The notes: a model not told the origin generated them from the letters alone. Shown: positions 38,501 to 48,249, counted from the whole stretch's first letter. The stretch: DNA of 62,889 nt, filler included, from Folioceros fuciformis (GCA_049999805.1; 11 parts of 11 records of this genome joined end to end with filler, not necessarily neighbours in it); one strand, 5' to 3'. Translations and numbers: made by a program.

Positions 38501-41500
38501 GCTGCGCTAGCCCTTACAGTCGTTGAACTGTTTGGTGGTATTTGTACCGGGTTAGAAGCTTTGCTCTTGACCGGTTTGAGCATTCAAAGGTACCTTTACT
38601 GTGACAAAGACCCCGTTGCCAGGCAAATTGCTGCATTTCGGCTGCAGGGTCTACAACATCGTTTCCCACAGCAATTGTCAGCTGAGGCTTTGGCTAATAC
38701 ATTCACGTCCTTACCTCATGACGTCCAGTATATACAGCAGGGCCACATCCAAGCCTTGGGCCCCATCGACATGGTCATAGCTGGCTGGGAATGCCAAGGA
38801 TTCTCTCAAGCTGGGGTAGGTGCAGGGTTGACAAATCCACGTTCTGGTCTGTTTAGAGATCTCCAACAAATCTTGGCATGGGCACAAGATAGTAACTCTC
38901 AATGTGCATACCTGCTCGAGAACACACCAGCCCAGTTTGATACCCGGCCACAGGTGCAGCAGGATATGGCCATTGTGCGACATTTTGCAGGGCCACCATT
39001 CCTCATGGATGCTGTGCAGGTGGGTAGCTATGCCCACAGGCTTCGTAACTACTGGACCAATTTGGTCCCTGTCTCCGTGTTGGACTTGGCTCTCTGGAAC
39101 ACTAGCAGGGATCCAGGGCTGCAACTTTGTACTGTATTGGAGAACTACCACCAGCCACGACCTGTGGTGGCCAGTGAGAAAGCCCCTTGGTTCAAGACCA
39201 ACATTCCAGGTCAGCCAAGGCAGACGTTGCCCACGCTGGTCAGCTTTCCGGGTTCATTTGCTTACAGAGGAGAAGGACCTGGCTTATTATTGAATACTGA
39301 AACGCAACGGTGGGAAGAACCAACAGTTGAGGAGCGAGAGCGACTCATGGGTTTTCAAACCCATAGTACAGCGGCCCCCACTGTCACCAATCGGCAGCGC
39401 AAGGGCACTCTAGGACGAGCCATGGACCTCCATGCCATCACATGGTTGGTGAGTTTGTGCCTTGCCTTTCAGCTGCACACTCAGGTCACTCCCATGCTAC
39501 TCCCAGGCTTGTTTGCTAGCATCTGCCCTGGAGATGCTGTTCACCTCCCATTCCCAGGATACACACAGCTGCCTTTTTGGCTAGATGCTGGGGGGGGGGA
39601 GTACGCAGTATTGGCATCACGTACTGTTTACTCAGCATCTGATCAAGCCAAGGCAGAAAAGGAGGATCCAGGAGCTACACCCAAGCTGTCTGTTGTTAAT
39701 TTCCCGTGGAAAATGGGCTCAGAACTCAGTCTGAAGCAACAGGACCGCATTCGTAACTTGCTGCTTAGGTACAGGGACTGTTTTGCCTTTTCCATGCATG
39801 AGCTCAAGAGGTGCAATGTCACAACCTTTCGCATCAACCTTACCACCCAAGAGCCTGTATACAGGCGACAGTATAGGCTGAGCAAGACGGAATGGGACAT
39901 GGTGGATGCAAGATGCAAGGAGCTGTATGAGGCGAACCTAATACGTCCCTCTAACAGTGACTACGCTGCTGCCACCGTGATGCCACCCAAAAAGGACAGT
40001 CAGGGTTTGTGGACTGAGAAGAGGATGTGTGGCGACTATAGGCCCATCAATGCAGTAACTGCCCAAGATCGGTACCCAATGCCAACACCAGAGGAGATCT
40101 TTGACCGTCTTGGACAGTCTATGTTCTTCTCCACGCTGGACCTGCGACAAGGGTTTAACCAGGTCCCAGTGGCAGCTGAAGATATCAAGAAGACAGCCTT
40201 CCATGGTTCTCAACAGCTATGGGAATGGCTAGTGATGCCCTTTGGATTCAAGAATGCGCCAGTGACCTTTCAGCGCATCATGGACATAGTACTAGCTGGA
40301 GCCGGCTATCTCATGTGCTACATTGATGATGTGCTAGTCCACAGCATGGACTTCAAGGATCATTTGGTACACCTGGAAGACCTGTTTATAAGATTACGGA
40401 AGGCACAACTCACGTGCCACCCAGCCAAGTGTGAGTTTGGCATGAGCACTGTGGCGTATTTGGGTCACAGAATTGTCCCCAATGGTGTCACCCCACATGC
40501 TGCCAAGGTTCAGGCAATTATGCAGGTTAAGGAACCGACCACCGTATCAGCCCTGCGTTCATTTCTAGGGTTATGCAATTACTATCGAGTATACATACCC
40601 AATTTCAGCAGGATTGCCAAGCCTCTTAATGATCTGCTGCGCAAGGATGTAGAGTGGACATGGGCAGAGCAGGCACAACAAGCTTTTGACACCTTAAAGC
40701 TGGAGCTAACAGTTGCACCAATGTTGGCCAGACCCAATTTTAACAAGCCCTTTGTAGTTCACACAGATTGGAGTAGTCTAGGGCTAGGGGCTGTGTTGGC
40801 TCAACAGGATGAAGCAGGTTGTGAGCGTGTGGTTGCTTACGCCTCGCGTAGCAACAATCGAGCTGAAGCCAACTATAGCAGCTACGAGGGTGAATGCCTC
40901 GCTGCTGTGTGGGCAGTGTGCCACTTCAGACCATATTTATATGGTCAGAAGTTCACACTCGTGACAGACCATCAACCACTCAAGTGGCTGATGACCAACA
41001 CCAAGCTCAGTGGCAAACTCGCACGTTGGGCCATGATCCTTCAAGATTACGAATTCCAGGTTGAACATCGGCCGGGAGTGAAGCACCAGAATGCTGATAC
41101 CTTGTCACGAAATCCTGACAGCAGTTGTGTGGATACCACTGGAGCTCGCCAAGATGGAGAGTACAGCACAATGCTTGCCGTATCGGCTCTGGTGGCCATG
41201 ACTTGCTTGGGACAGGTGCCTGTAGGTGCAGCTCAGCAATCCTCCAAGGATATTTGGGAGGATCCAGCTACCCTTCAGTATGTGCAGACAGGTAGAGAGG
41301 ACCCCACTTGGACCACGGCCACAAGGGAACGAGTTCACCAACGGGCTACCAAGTATTGTTGGCGGGACGGACATCTCATCCGTCAACAGGCTCAAGGAGT
41401 GGAGCGATTGGTACCCCCACCAGCAGATCGTGCTGCCCTCATCAAAAGGGTGCATGATGACATGGGTCATTTTGGGGTCAAACGCACCTACAGCCTGTTG

Positions 41501-42721
41501 ACTCCCTATTTCTACTGGAATCGAATGCATGAACAAGTGAAGGAACGAGTAGCCTGTTGCGAGCAATGCGACCGTGTCAAGGCTTCCTTCACCATGCAGC
41601 ACCCAGAGCTGCACCCTTTGCCCATCATGGGTTTATTCTTCAGATGGTCATGCGACCTGATGGGTGAGCTCCCGCAGTCTCCACGAGGCAACCTGTATGC
41701 GATGATCATGATGGAACACTTCAGCAAGTGGGTGGAGGTAGTGGCCCTGCCAGACAAGACCTCTAGGAGTACCTCACAAGCCTTCCTACAATGTGTGCTC
41801 AGTAGGTTTGGTGGCTGCGCAGAGTGTCTCACAGATCAGGGTTCTGAGTTTCGAGGAGAATTCCAGGATCTAATGGATGCAGCCCTTATTGACCACAGGA
41901 GAACTAGCCGGGACCACCCGCAGGCTGATGGCTTAGCCGAGCGCATGGTCCAGACTATGAAGAAGGGGCTTCGCAAGCTGTGTCTCCGAGAACCCAAAAC
42001 AGATTGGGATCTCTTGCTTCCATATATTGCAATGGGTTACCGCATGAGCAAGCATGCTGCCCTTGCCCATTTTTCCCCTTACTTCCTCTTGTTTGGCAGA
42101 GAACCAATTCCACCTAGTTCTATAGCCAAACAAATGCTAGAAGTTGTCAAGCTGGATGATGCAGCTACATGGGCACGTGTGATAGGTAACAGGGCAGCCT
42201 TGTTCAAACAGGCCATGCCCATGGCAATGGCTAACTTGCACATTGCCCAGCATAGGGATACCCTTCGTTATGCACACACTAGGGGAGGCAGTTTTAGGCC
42301 CAAGCTCAGGAAGTTCCAGGTAGGAGACTTTGTTTACCTGCAGAGGCAGACCTCAGATACCCTGGACACTTCCAGCAGTCGGCATGTGTTGCGGATTCAG
42401 GAGGTCAAGCCTAATGGCATCCTGGTATTGCAAGGCTCAGATGGTCGGATCACCACTGACCACACCAAGAATTGCGCACCTTGCCACTTGCCCAATCTTG
42501 ATCCTTCTATTGTCACAGCAGATTGGATTCCACCAACGGACTATCCTTGTCAGGTTTGTCAACGCACAGATGATGCTGACCTCATGTTACTTTGTGATGG
42601 CTGCAATGGGGGTTTCCACCTTTTCTGCTTACAGCCACCACTTACCCATGTACCGGAGCAACTTTGGTATTGTCCCAAGTGCCAAACGGACACAGCAGGT
42701 GTGACCAGCCTAGGAGTGTAG
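35567..42721 (+). CDS. Gypsy polyprotein Gag-CCHC2-protease-C5 DNA methyltransferase-RT-RNaseH-integrase-PHD (first ATG 35822)
   Basis: Gag PEKFSG; knuckles CNHCGSPEHMSPAC and CTHCQKNGHVVTVC (36728-36835); protease LLDTGA (DTG at 37829); DNMT motifs (38513-39470); RT MCGDYRPIN, MPFGFKNAP, YIDD (40319); RNaseH HTDWS, TDHQPL; integrase HHCC, CDLMG, TDQGSEF, ADGLAER; PHD. Gypsy domain order, no stops. Confidence 0.96.
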   Translation: MREDLEPATSVGQPSWSPLLDLGKIVVLTSSNLGGQLVCDEEPEQQGSLYSQQSFVRSQQTHPGFAGSVLGVGQGLGDLSERSDTMEGGSSGFRPEKFSGRPSTQSLRDFRLFINAVISRVKFKHGAAYNHQYMFEQLSSYLGDEALDLYEAHQAELSGTIATPNPAHHSALQLAYNAKLAAAINDHQAEIVAKTISATTPPPTVVNLTLAERATATTGVQEFLHTCKYLNPVEEFLAILERAFPLKTPEKIAELAAFARKKGETVQMCFRRLQKLREGTGMLTNQEAAQRFLTALEGDPLFHFQLVTSLVDKYGDKYTLEQVHEEAEKKEVAFSAYASRHSKAFTHYQSMFSSKGAANTGAGAKAGQIKPIKVASAAAPAAAVVAMCNHCGSPEHMSPACKCPPEGLYCTHCQKNGHVVTVCFQKHPERRYQKIGTVGSAGATIASVEAGGTRSVVGLSRSKQQRDKAKAKAAATADKVSSLEASMAAMTAQLGVLTANLSSITGSSKPANVVKLVPGPEDEDYGPAHQVCMVDRIGESSMEVELPATWVGQNLQVVMGTTAPALGPITRNRGPRATMPKSFAPLPPGSAIPVRGQEHSTLRVEQLPTSRTPGHSMPTPEHVYLLPQTTTVTQLAAKLTQVPVFTLQDMGITTSRLKEVLQTAEATAASADPSLGTTYTSQWVLPIAMSHSTGGQTAPSHCNGSYTVQLAEGVDSQPRVQSTNRLQARVSNAVVDNRCGHVTINGYAPRVVLLDTGAQPVLVGKILAARLHLQGDALHTSPWNIRTASGAIEPVCGETVQPLDITLNSGTPDAMTLSLPCLVTTATNYDLLLGQEFLFPPGVGVDNWTEQAFYRPDWKQGGCRIAHLPLDLHGQVEVDVATLVKSPAVVGIKSSNVVELVQDTYQVDKHLETNVAEAQVRCTSLQQALVQPDCPKQAEALLTKAQEQVSKVQQLLEAGTLSSCPTSYVDNTVIIWAPAALALTVVELFGGICTGLEALLLTGLSIQRYLYCDKDPVARQIAAFRLQGLQHRFPQQLSAEALANTFTSLPHDVQYIQQGHIQALGPIDMVIAGWECQGFSQAGVGAGLTNPRSGLFRDLQQILAWAQDSNSQCAYLLENTPAQFDTRPQVQQDMAIVRHFAGPPFLMDAVQVGSYAHRLRNYWTNLVPVSVLDLALWNTSRDPGLQLCTVLENYHQPRPVVASEKAPWFKTNIPGQPRQTLPTLVSFPGSFAYRGEGPGLLLNTETQRWEEPTVEERERLMGFQTHSTAAPTVTNRQRKGTLGRAMDLHAITWLVSLCLAFQLHTQVTPMLLPGLFASICPGDAVHLPFPGYTQLPFWLDAGGGEYAVLASRTVYSASDQAKAEKEDPGATPKLSVVNFPWKMGSELSLKQQDRIRNLLLRYRDCFAFSMHELKRCNVTTFRINLTTQEPVYRRQYRLSKTEWDMVDARCKELYEANLIRPSNSDYAAATVMPPKKDSQGLWTEKRMCGDYRPINAVTAQDRYPMPTPEEIFDRLGQSMFFSTLDLRQGFNQVPVAAEDIKKTAFHGSQQLWEWLVMPFGFKNAPVTFQRIMDIVLAGAGYLMCYIDDVLVHSMDFKDHLVHLEDLFIRLRKAQLTCHPAKCEFGMSTVAYLGHRIVPNGVTPHAAKVQAIMQVKEPTTVSALRSFLGLCNYYRVYIPNFSRIAKPLNDLLRKDVEWTWAEQAQQAFDTLKLELTVAPMLARPNFNKPFVVHTDWSSLGLGAVLAQQDEAGCERVVAYASRSNNRAEANYSSYEGECLAAVWAVCHFRPYLYGQKFTLVTDHQPLKWLMTNTKLSGKLARWAMILQDYEFQVEHRPGVKHQNADTLSRNPDSSCVDTTGARQDGEYSTMLAVSALVAMTCLGQVPVGAAQQSSKDIWEDPATLQYVQTGREDPTWTTATRERVHQRATKYCWRDGHLIRQQAQGVERLVPPPADRAALIKRVHDDMGHFGVKRTYSLLTPYFYWNRMHEQVKERVACCEQCDRVKASFTMQHPELHPLPIMGLFFRWSCDLMGELPQSPRGNLYAMIMMEHFSKWVEVVALPDKTSRSTSQAFLQCVLSRFGGCAECLTDQGSEFRGEFQDLMDAALIDHRRTSRDHPQADGLAERMVQTMKKGLRKLCLREPKTDWDLLLPYIAMGYRMSKHAALAHFSPYFLLFGREPIPPSSIAKQMLEVVKLDDAATWARVIGNRAALFKQAMPMAMANLHIAQHRDTLRYAHTRGGSFRPKLRKFQVGDFVYLQRQTSDTLDTSSSRHVLRIQEVKPNGILVLQGSDGRITTDHTKNCAPCHLPNLDPSIVTADWIPPTDYPCQVCQRTDDADLMLLCDGCNGGFHLFCLQPPLTHVPEQLWYCPKCQTDTAGVTSLGV
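38513..39470 (+). other. C5 cytosine DNA methyltransferase domain, DNMT3/DRM-like, within the polyprotein
   Basis: Motif I VVELFGGICTG; HDVQYIQQGHIQALGPIDMVIAG; motif IV GWECQGFS; VI YLLEN; VIII AHRLRNYWTNL; IX EERERLMGF; X RKGTLGRAM. Canonical, non-permuted order. Confidence 0.92.
42548..42682 (+). other. C4HC3 PHD finger at the integrase C-terminus
   Basis: CQVC...LLCDGC...FHLFC...PPL..VP...WYCPKC, with all eight Zn ligands. Confidence 0.93.
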
Positions 42722-42896
42722 CTCTTGTCGTGCTCTTTCATGCTTTCAGCCCGTCCATCAGCTGGGGGGGGAAGGCATGGACAATCTTTTTGTTCTNNNN
42801 NNNNNNNNNNNNNNNNNNNNNNNNNNNNNNNNNNNNNNNNTTAATTAATTAANNNNNNNNNNNNNNNNNNNNNNNNNNNNNNNNNNNNNNNNNNNN

Positions 42897-45800
42897 CTTG
42901 TTTTAACCTCCTTTGAGCATGGCGGGGGTGACATCTCAACAGGCCCTTCTTGCTTCATACCCATGTCTTCACAAAGCTGCCTTTCCCACTCAGCCTCCTT
43001 AGTGGCTTCGGTGAGTGCCTTGTACTCAGACTCTGTGGAAGACAGGGAGATGGCTGCTAGTTTTCTACATTACCAGTTAACTACAGAGGAGTTGGCCAGA
43101 AAACAATAAGCTGATATACTTTTTCGGGTGTCTGCATCCGAAGCCCAATTTGCATCTACATAACAAGTTAGCTGCAAATGCTTCTTCCCGCTTGGCATAT
43201 AGCAAAGGCCATAATTAGGTGTACCCTTAAGGTACCTCATAATTTGCTTGATAGCAACCCATTGATCCTTTCCATGGGATTTTAGAGAATTAGGCAACAA
43301 CGTTGACTGTGTTGGATATATCGGGTCTTGTCTGATTACTTAGGAACATGAGGGTGCCAACTACCATGCGATAAGGAATATTTTCCATCTCCTTTTTGTC
43401 TTCTTTAGATTGGGGACATGAGGCAAATGAGAGCTTGACTCCAAACGCACCTGGGGTGGTTGACGCCCTAGCATTCTCCATTATGAATCGTTTGAGCATA
43501 CCGGCTACATATCTACCTTGGTGAAGATAGATAGCACCTGTGGTATCCCTATGTACATGCATGCCAAGGATATACTTAACCTTTCCCAGGTCCTTCATCT
43601 CGAATTCCCCGCTGAGGTCAGCTTTTATCTTGTTGACCAGTTCAACGTTATTGCCTGGAATGACTAAGTCATCCACGTAGAGTGCAACTAGAACAAGTGA
43701 GCTATCCTTGCGTAGCATATAAATATTAGTATCTGCTTCACTTTGAACAAAACCTATTTTCTTAAGATATGAATCCATTCTCTCATACCATAGTCATGGG
43801 CTTTGCTTAAGGCCATAAATTGAGCGATTAAGTTTACACACCTTTTGTGAACAAGCCTTATGTTCGTAATCCTCGGGTTGATCCATGTAGATCTCTTCCT
43901 TAAGATGACCATAGAGAAAGGCTGTACACACATCAAGCTGATAGATCTCCAAGTTTAGTTTAGCACATAAAGCAAGGAGCATTCTAACTGATGCAGCCTT
44001 GACGACGGGTGAGTAGACCTTATCGCCTTGACAATCCACTCCCTCTTTCTGACTATATCCCTTAGCTACTAATCTCGCCTTGTAGCGAATTCGTGGCTCT
44101 ACTTCCTGGAACTTAGTTTTAAGAACCCATTTGCACTTGACAGTGGTCCTACCCTTAGGCAGACTAACCAAAGTCCAAGTGTTGTTTTTAAGTAATGAGT
44201 TGTACTCATCATCAATAGCCAGCTTCCATTTGGCTGCCTGGGGTCTCGAGTAAGCCTCCTGTAAGGTTAAAGGATCTCCCTCTGCAGCAGCAACACTTAA
44301 GGCATAGAGAGCATCCGAAGAATTAACATAGGTTAAGCTAGCTTGATTAAACTCAATATCAAATGGTTGTTCCTTCCAGAGATGCCTAGGCTGGCGCACA
44401 CGAGTAGGATATCTACGTTCAGGAGCAGCCGAGGGCCTAGGTGGGGATGGAGGAGTGACAGGTGCTTGAGGAATATCATGGGGCACCACGTGTTCAAAAT
44501 CAACGTGTTCAACATCACCTTGTTCCATACGTGGGTCCTCAGATACTACCTCGTGGTCTATTTCTATGTCCCCCTCTTGAGCAGGAATAGGTGACGTAGG
44601 AGCGGTGCACTTGGGGAGCAGGACCAGCAATAGGCAGCACTAGAACTGCTTGAGGGATAGGAGCCATAGGAGAAGGAGGAACACTAACAGTCGGAAAAGT
44701 AAAGGGCTGAACAAAGTGATCAATAGAAGTATCATCGGAAGAGCGAGGAGTGCTCGAGCCAGAGGAAGCACCAGCTTGCACGTCAAGAGGAGACTCAAAT
44801 GACGTCGCAAGAGCAGGTACTATCTTAGCTTCATGAACGGTGACAGTGCGGGCATAGATAGGAATCTGAGAGTCCAAGTCCACGAGCTTGTAGGCTTTGC
44901 GGTCATCGCCATAACCGACAAACACCAACTTGCGAGCACGAGCATCAAGCTTGTCGCGAAGCTGTGATGGGACAAGAGCATAGGCAGGGCAACCAAAAAC
45001 ACGAAGATGTGCAATTAAAGGCTTGCTCCCATGCCAACACTCATAAGGAGTACGGCCAGAAACCGACTTGGTGAGGACTCTGTTCTTAATATACACCGCA
45101 GTAGACACAGCCTCAGCCCAAAAGGACTTGGGCAGTTGGGACTGTGCCAGCATGGCACGAGCCATGGACATCAAATCGCCATTGGCCTTCTCGGCAACGC
45201 CGTTCTGCTCAAAAGTGTAGGGCACTGTAAACTGACGCAAGACACCATGCTGCTCGCAGAAGTCGCAAAACTGATGGTTGTTTAGTTCTCCCGCATTGTC
45301 GGAGCGAATACACCGAAGTTTATGGCCAGTCTGTAACTTAGCCATAGTAACAAAGGGTGAGAACACATTAAACGAGTCACTCTTAAGACGGATAGGAAAG
45401 GCAAACGTATATCGACTAAAGTCATCCACAACAGCCATAAAGTGATTTGCTACGCCTAAAGACGAGACAGGTAGAGGACCACATAAATCAACGTGGACCA
45501 AATCAAGAGGTGCCAAAGACCGACGAGCAGGAAGAGTAGGATAAGGGGAACTTCGCTGTTTAGCAAGGACACAAGCTTCGCAGAGAGGCTGTGTTGATGG
45601 AAGGTGAGGAAGTTTATCCCGATACAAGTCCTGTTGGGAGGTGGCAAGCAGTCGAGCAGGGTTGAGGTGCCCGAGTTGGCAATGCCACAAGAGAGTTGCA
45701 CCTGGATGCGAGCTCCTATGAGGCTGGTCTCCGTGAGAGGAAACCACCGTAGAGGCAGCCGCTGAAGTCACGGGCTTGCCTGAAAAGACATATGACGAGG

Positions 45801-45997
45801 ACGAGGACGACCTTTAGCAACAAAAACCCGAGGGTTTGAAGTCCGAGATAACAGACAGTCTCCAGGGCCAAAGTTGAGGCAAAAGGATCCGTCCCGCACG
45901 AGCTGTCTAACAGAGATAAGATTCTTGGCCATCTGGGGAACATGTAGCACATTAGTAAGAAACAGCAAGGAACCATCATCCAAAGTAAAGGATCTAA
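42897..45997 (-). pseudogene. Degenerate Copia pol (protease end-integrase-RT-RNaseH)
   Basis: NVLHVPQMAKNLISV, WHCQLGH, IRSDNAGE, QNGVAEK, LDVCTAFLYG, LYVDD, YVDANWA. Confidence 0.92.
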
Positions 45998-46631
45998 TGT
46001 GTCTTTCACTAATGCGCACGGAGAAGTGAGGGCACAAGAAGAAAAGATTGGCAAGCTCTATTGCTTGAGTGGGAGCGTTGTCATGCCGAGGTCGAGCATT
46101 GAGGAGGCAAATGTGGTACAAAAGAACACTAACAAGTTGCTCTTATGGCACCAAAGGCTAGGACATCTTGGCGTTCAAAACATCAAGCTCATGGATCGTA
46201 AGAAAATGGTGCAAGGACTCGATCTTGGTGAAGACGAAGACATTGGCGTTTGCAAAGGGTGTATTATGGGTAAGCAACACCGCCTTCCATTTCCAAAGCA
46301 AGGAAGTAGATCCAATCATTTGTTAGAGGTGGTGCATACAGACATCTGTGGTCCCATGAAGACCACATCCATAGGAGGTGCTAAGTATTTTCTTACCTTC
46401 ACGGATGATAAGTCTAGATATACGAAGGTGTACTTTTTGAAATCCAAGGAGGCATGCTTCTCCAAATTCAAGGAGTACAAAGCATTTGTGGAGAACCAAA
46501 TTGGGAGAAAGATCAAGACTCTACGAAGTGACAATGGAGGGGAGTACATGTCCAAGGAATTTGAGATGTTTTGCAAGGAGCACGGAATTGTTCATCAATT
46601 CTCAGCACCTTATAGTCCTCAACAAAACGGA
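45998..46631 (+). mobile_element. Copia GAG-pre-integrase/integrase fragment
   Basis: LWHQRLGH, VHTDICGPM, LRSDNGGEY, PYSPQQNG. Confidence 0.9.
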
Positions 46632-46731
46632 NNNNNNNNNNNNNNNNNNNNNNNNNNNNNNNNNNNNNNNNNNNNTTAATTAATTAANNNNNNNNNNNNN
46701 NNNNNNNNNNNNNNNNNNNNNNNNNNNNNNN

Positions 46732-46950
46732 GGATGCAGTGACCTTTCCAACGATGGACTGGCTGGTGACAGGGAAATGTGTGGCATGGAATGCACTGAT
46801 TCCTAGGAATGCAACGGAGGGGCTCGGCTGATCTGTATGGACGTTTGTTCTGTCTGGACAGAATGGATCAGGAGGGCCTGATTTTGGCGGACTATGGCAC
46901 TTCTGCGTGCATTCTCAATGGCTTTGCAAGCTCTGGTGCCTTGACGAAGA
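46732..46950 (+). pseudogene. Degenerate PPR repeat remnant
   Basis: VAWNALI and MDQEGLILADYGTSACILNGFASSGAL in shifting frames. Confidence 0.55.
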
Positions 46951-47130
46951 TCAGGGAGCCGCACGGAATGTGCTTGAGGAGTGTTGTTTGAGGATCCGTG
47001 GTGGAAGCAGAGCCTGCAAGTGCCACATGCGCAGCAGCTGAAGATGCGGCGTCTTTCGGTGGATGACAGGGACTGGTAGTCTCTCGCGTCCCTGTGCTGG
47101 TACGGAAGGGGAGGAGTTTCGGGGAAGGGC

Positions 47131-48249
47131 GTGCGGCGATACCTGGCGGATCCCTCTGTTCCTCGTTCCTGCTCCTTGTATCGCGGCGTGGCAGGCGAGC
47201 TTGGCCCTGTCGGGCCTGGAGGATACCAAGTGGATGTGATGCGTGAAACAGTGAGCAAGCTGTGTGAGGAGGGTCGGCTCAAGGAGGCTGTTGAGGCTTT
47301 GGGAATTCTGGTGCAAGTAGGGTGGCACGTTTCCAAGTCCCTCTTGTATACGGTGCTCAGGGGGTGTGTTGTACAGAAGGATCTTCTTCTAGGGCGCCGT
47401 GTGCACGCTTTCACGGTTCAGAAGGGGTACCAGTCGGACACTTTCCTGGGCAACCACCTTCTGCGATTGAACGCTTCTCATGGCAGATTGCAGGACGCGA
47501 TGGATGTGTTCACCGTCGTTGCCAGTCCAGATGCCTTCATGTGGTCTTCCATAATTTCTGCGCATGTGAAACGGGGACTGCACAGGCAGGCTGTAGAGCT
47601 GTATCGTAGGATGCGCAGGTCGGGTGTGGAGCCCGATAGCCATGTTTTCGTGTCTGCCCTCCAGGCGTGTGCAAAGGGGGAAGATTTGATGGCTGTCCAG
47701 GAGCTGCATGCCGAAGTATTGGCCAGTGGGTTTGGGCGGGATTTGTTTGTTTGTAATTGCCTTGTGGATGTGTATGGGAAGTGTGGCAGGCTGCGAGAGG
47801 CTAGAAGGGTGTTTGACGGACTCGTTGAGAAGGACGTTGTGATGTGGACTACCATGATATCAGGGTACTCCCAGCAGGGCATGGGGCAGGAAGCACTTCT
47901 TGTCTACAGTGCTATGCTGGAAGGAGGCCTGGCTGTACCCAGCTCTGTGACTTATGTCTGCCTCCTGCAGGCATGTGCAAGTGTGGGCGACCCTGCTCTG
48001 GTGACGGGGAAGCAGCTCCATGAGCTAATCAGAGCACAAGGACATCTGGCTAATGTGTCTGTAGCCAATAGCTTGGTGAACATGTATGCGAAGTGTGGCA
48101 GCCTAGAGGATGCCCACAGATTGTTTTGTGAAATGGGTCAGAAAGGCGTGGTGACGTGGACTGCTCTAGTTGCAGGGTATTCCTTACAGGGCAAGGGCCA
48201 GGAGAGGTCAGACGTTATTTGGCAAACAAGCCTAAGGTGGTTGTCATAA
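47131..48249 (+). CDS. PLS-class pentatricopeptide repeat protein, C-terminally truncated (possible pseudogene)
   Basis: Repeats FMWSSIISAHV, CNCLVDVYGKCGRLREARRVFD, VMWTTMISGYSQQG, ANSLVNMYAKCGSLEDAHRLF, VTWTALVAGY. Homology ends mid-repeat at ~48204, with no E/DYW domain. The upstream in-frame ATG at 47044 is blocked by TAG at 47077. Confidence 0.88.
   Translation: MRRYLADPSVPRSCSLYRGVAGELGPVGPGGYQVDVMRETVSKLCEEGRLKEAVEALGILVQVGWHVSKSLLYTVLRGCVVQKDLLLGRRVHAFTVQKGYQSDTFLGNHLLRLNASHGRLQDAMDVFTVVASPDAFMWSSIISAHVKRGLHRQAVELYRRMRRSGVEPDSHVFVSALQACAKGEDLMAVQELHAEVLASGFGRDLFVCNCLVDVYGKCGRLREARRVFDGLVEKDVVMWTTMISGYSQQGMGQEALLVYSAMLEGGLAVPSSVTYVCLLQACASVGDPALVTGKQLHELIRAQGHLANVSVANSLVNMYAKCGSLEDAHRLFCEMGQKGVVTWTALVAGYSLQGKGQERSDVIWQTSLRWLS

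Larger units (their letters stand above)
33892..42796 (+). mobile_element. Ty3/Gypsy retrotransposon carrying a DNA methyltransferase and a PHD finger (3' LTR beyond contig end)
   Basis: TG at the junction with the interrupted Copia, ~1.7-kb LTR/leader, intact gag-pol, G-rich PPT-like tract at 42764-42776. LTR end and PBS not identified, so the 5' boundary is tentative. Confidence 0.8.

Noticed and set aside
42726-42732. TGTCGTG after the Gypsy stop, matching the putative 5' LTR start
   Set aside because: Only 7 bp, diverges immediately and lies upstream of the PPT-like tract.
42797-46731. Functional linkage between the DNMT-Gypsy and the caspase/PPR/LRR locus
   Set aside because: They lie on different contigs separated by artificial linkers.
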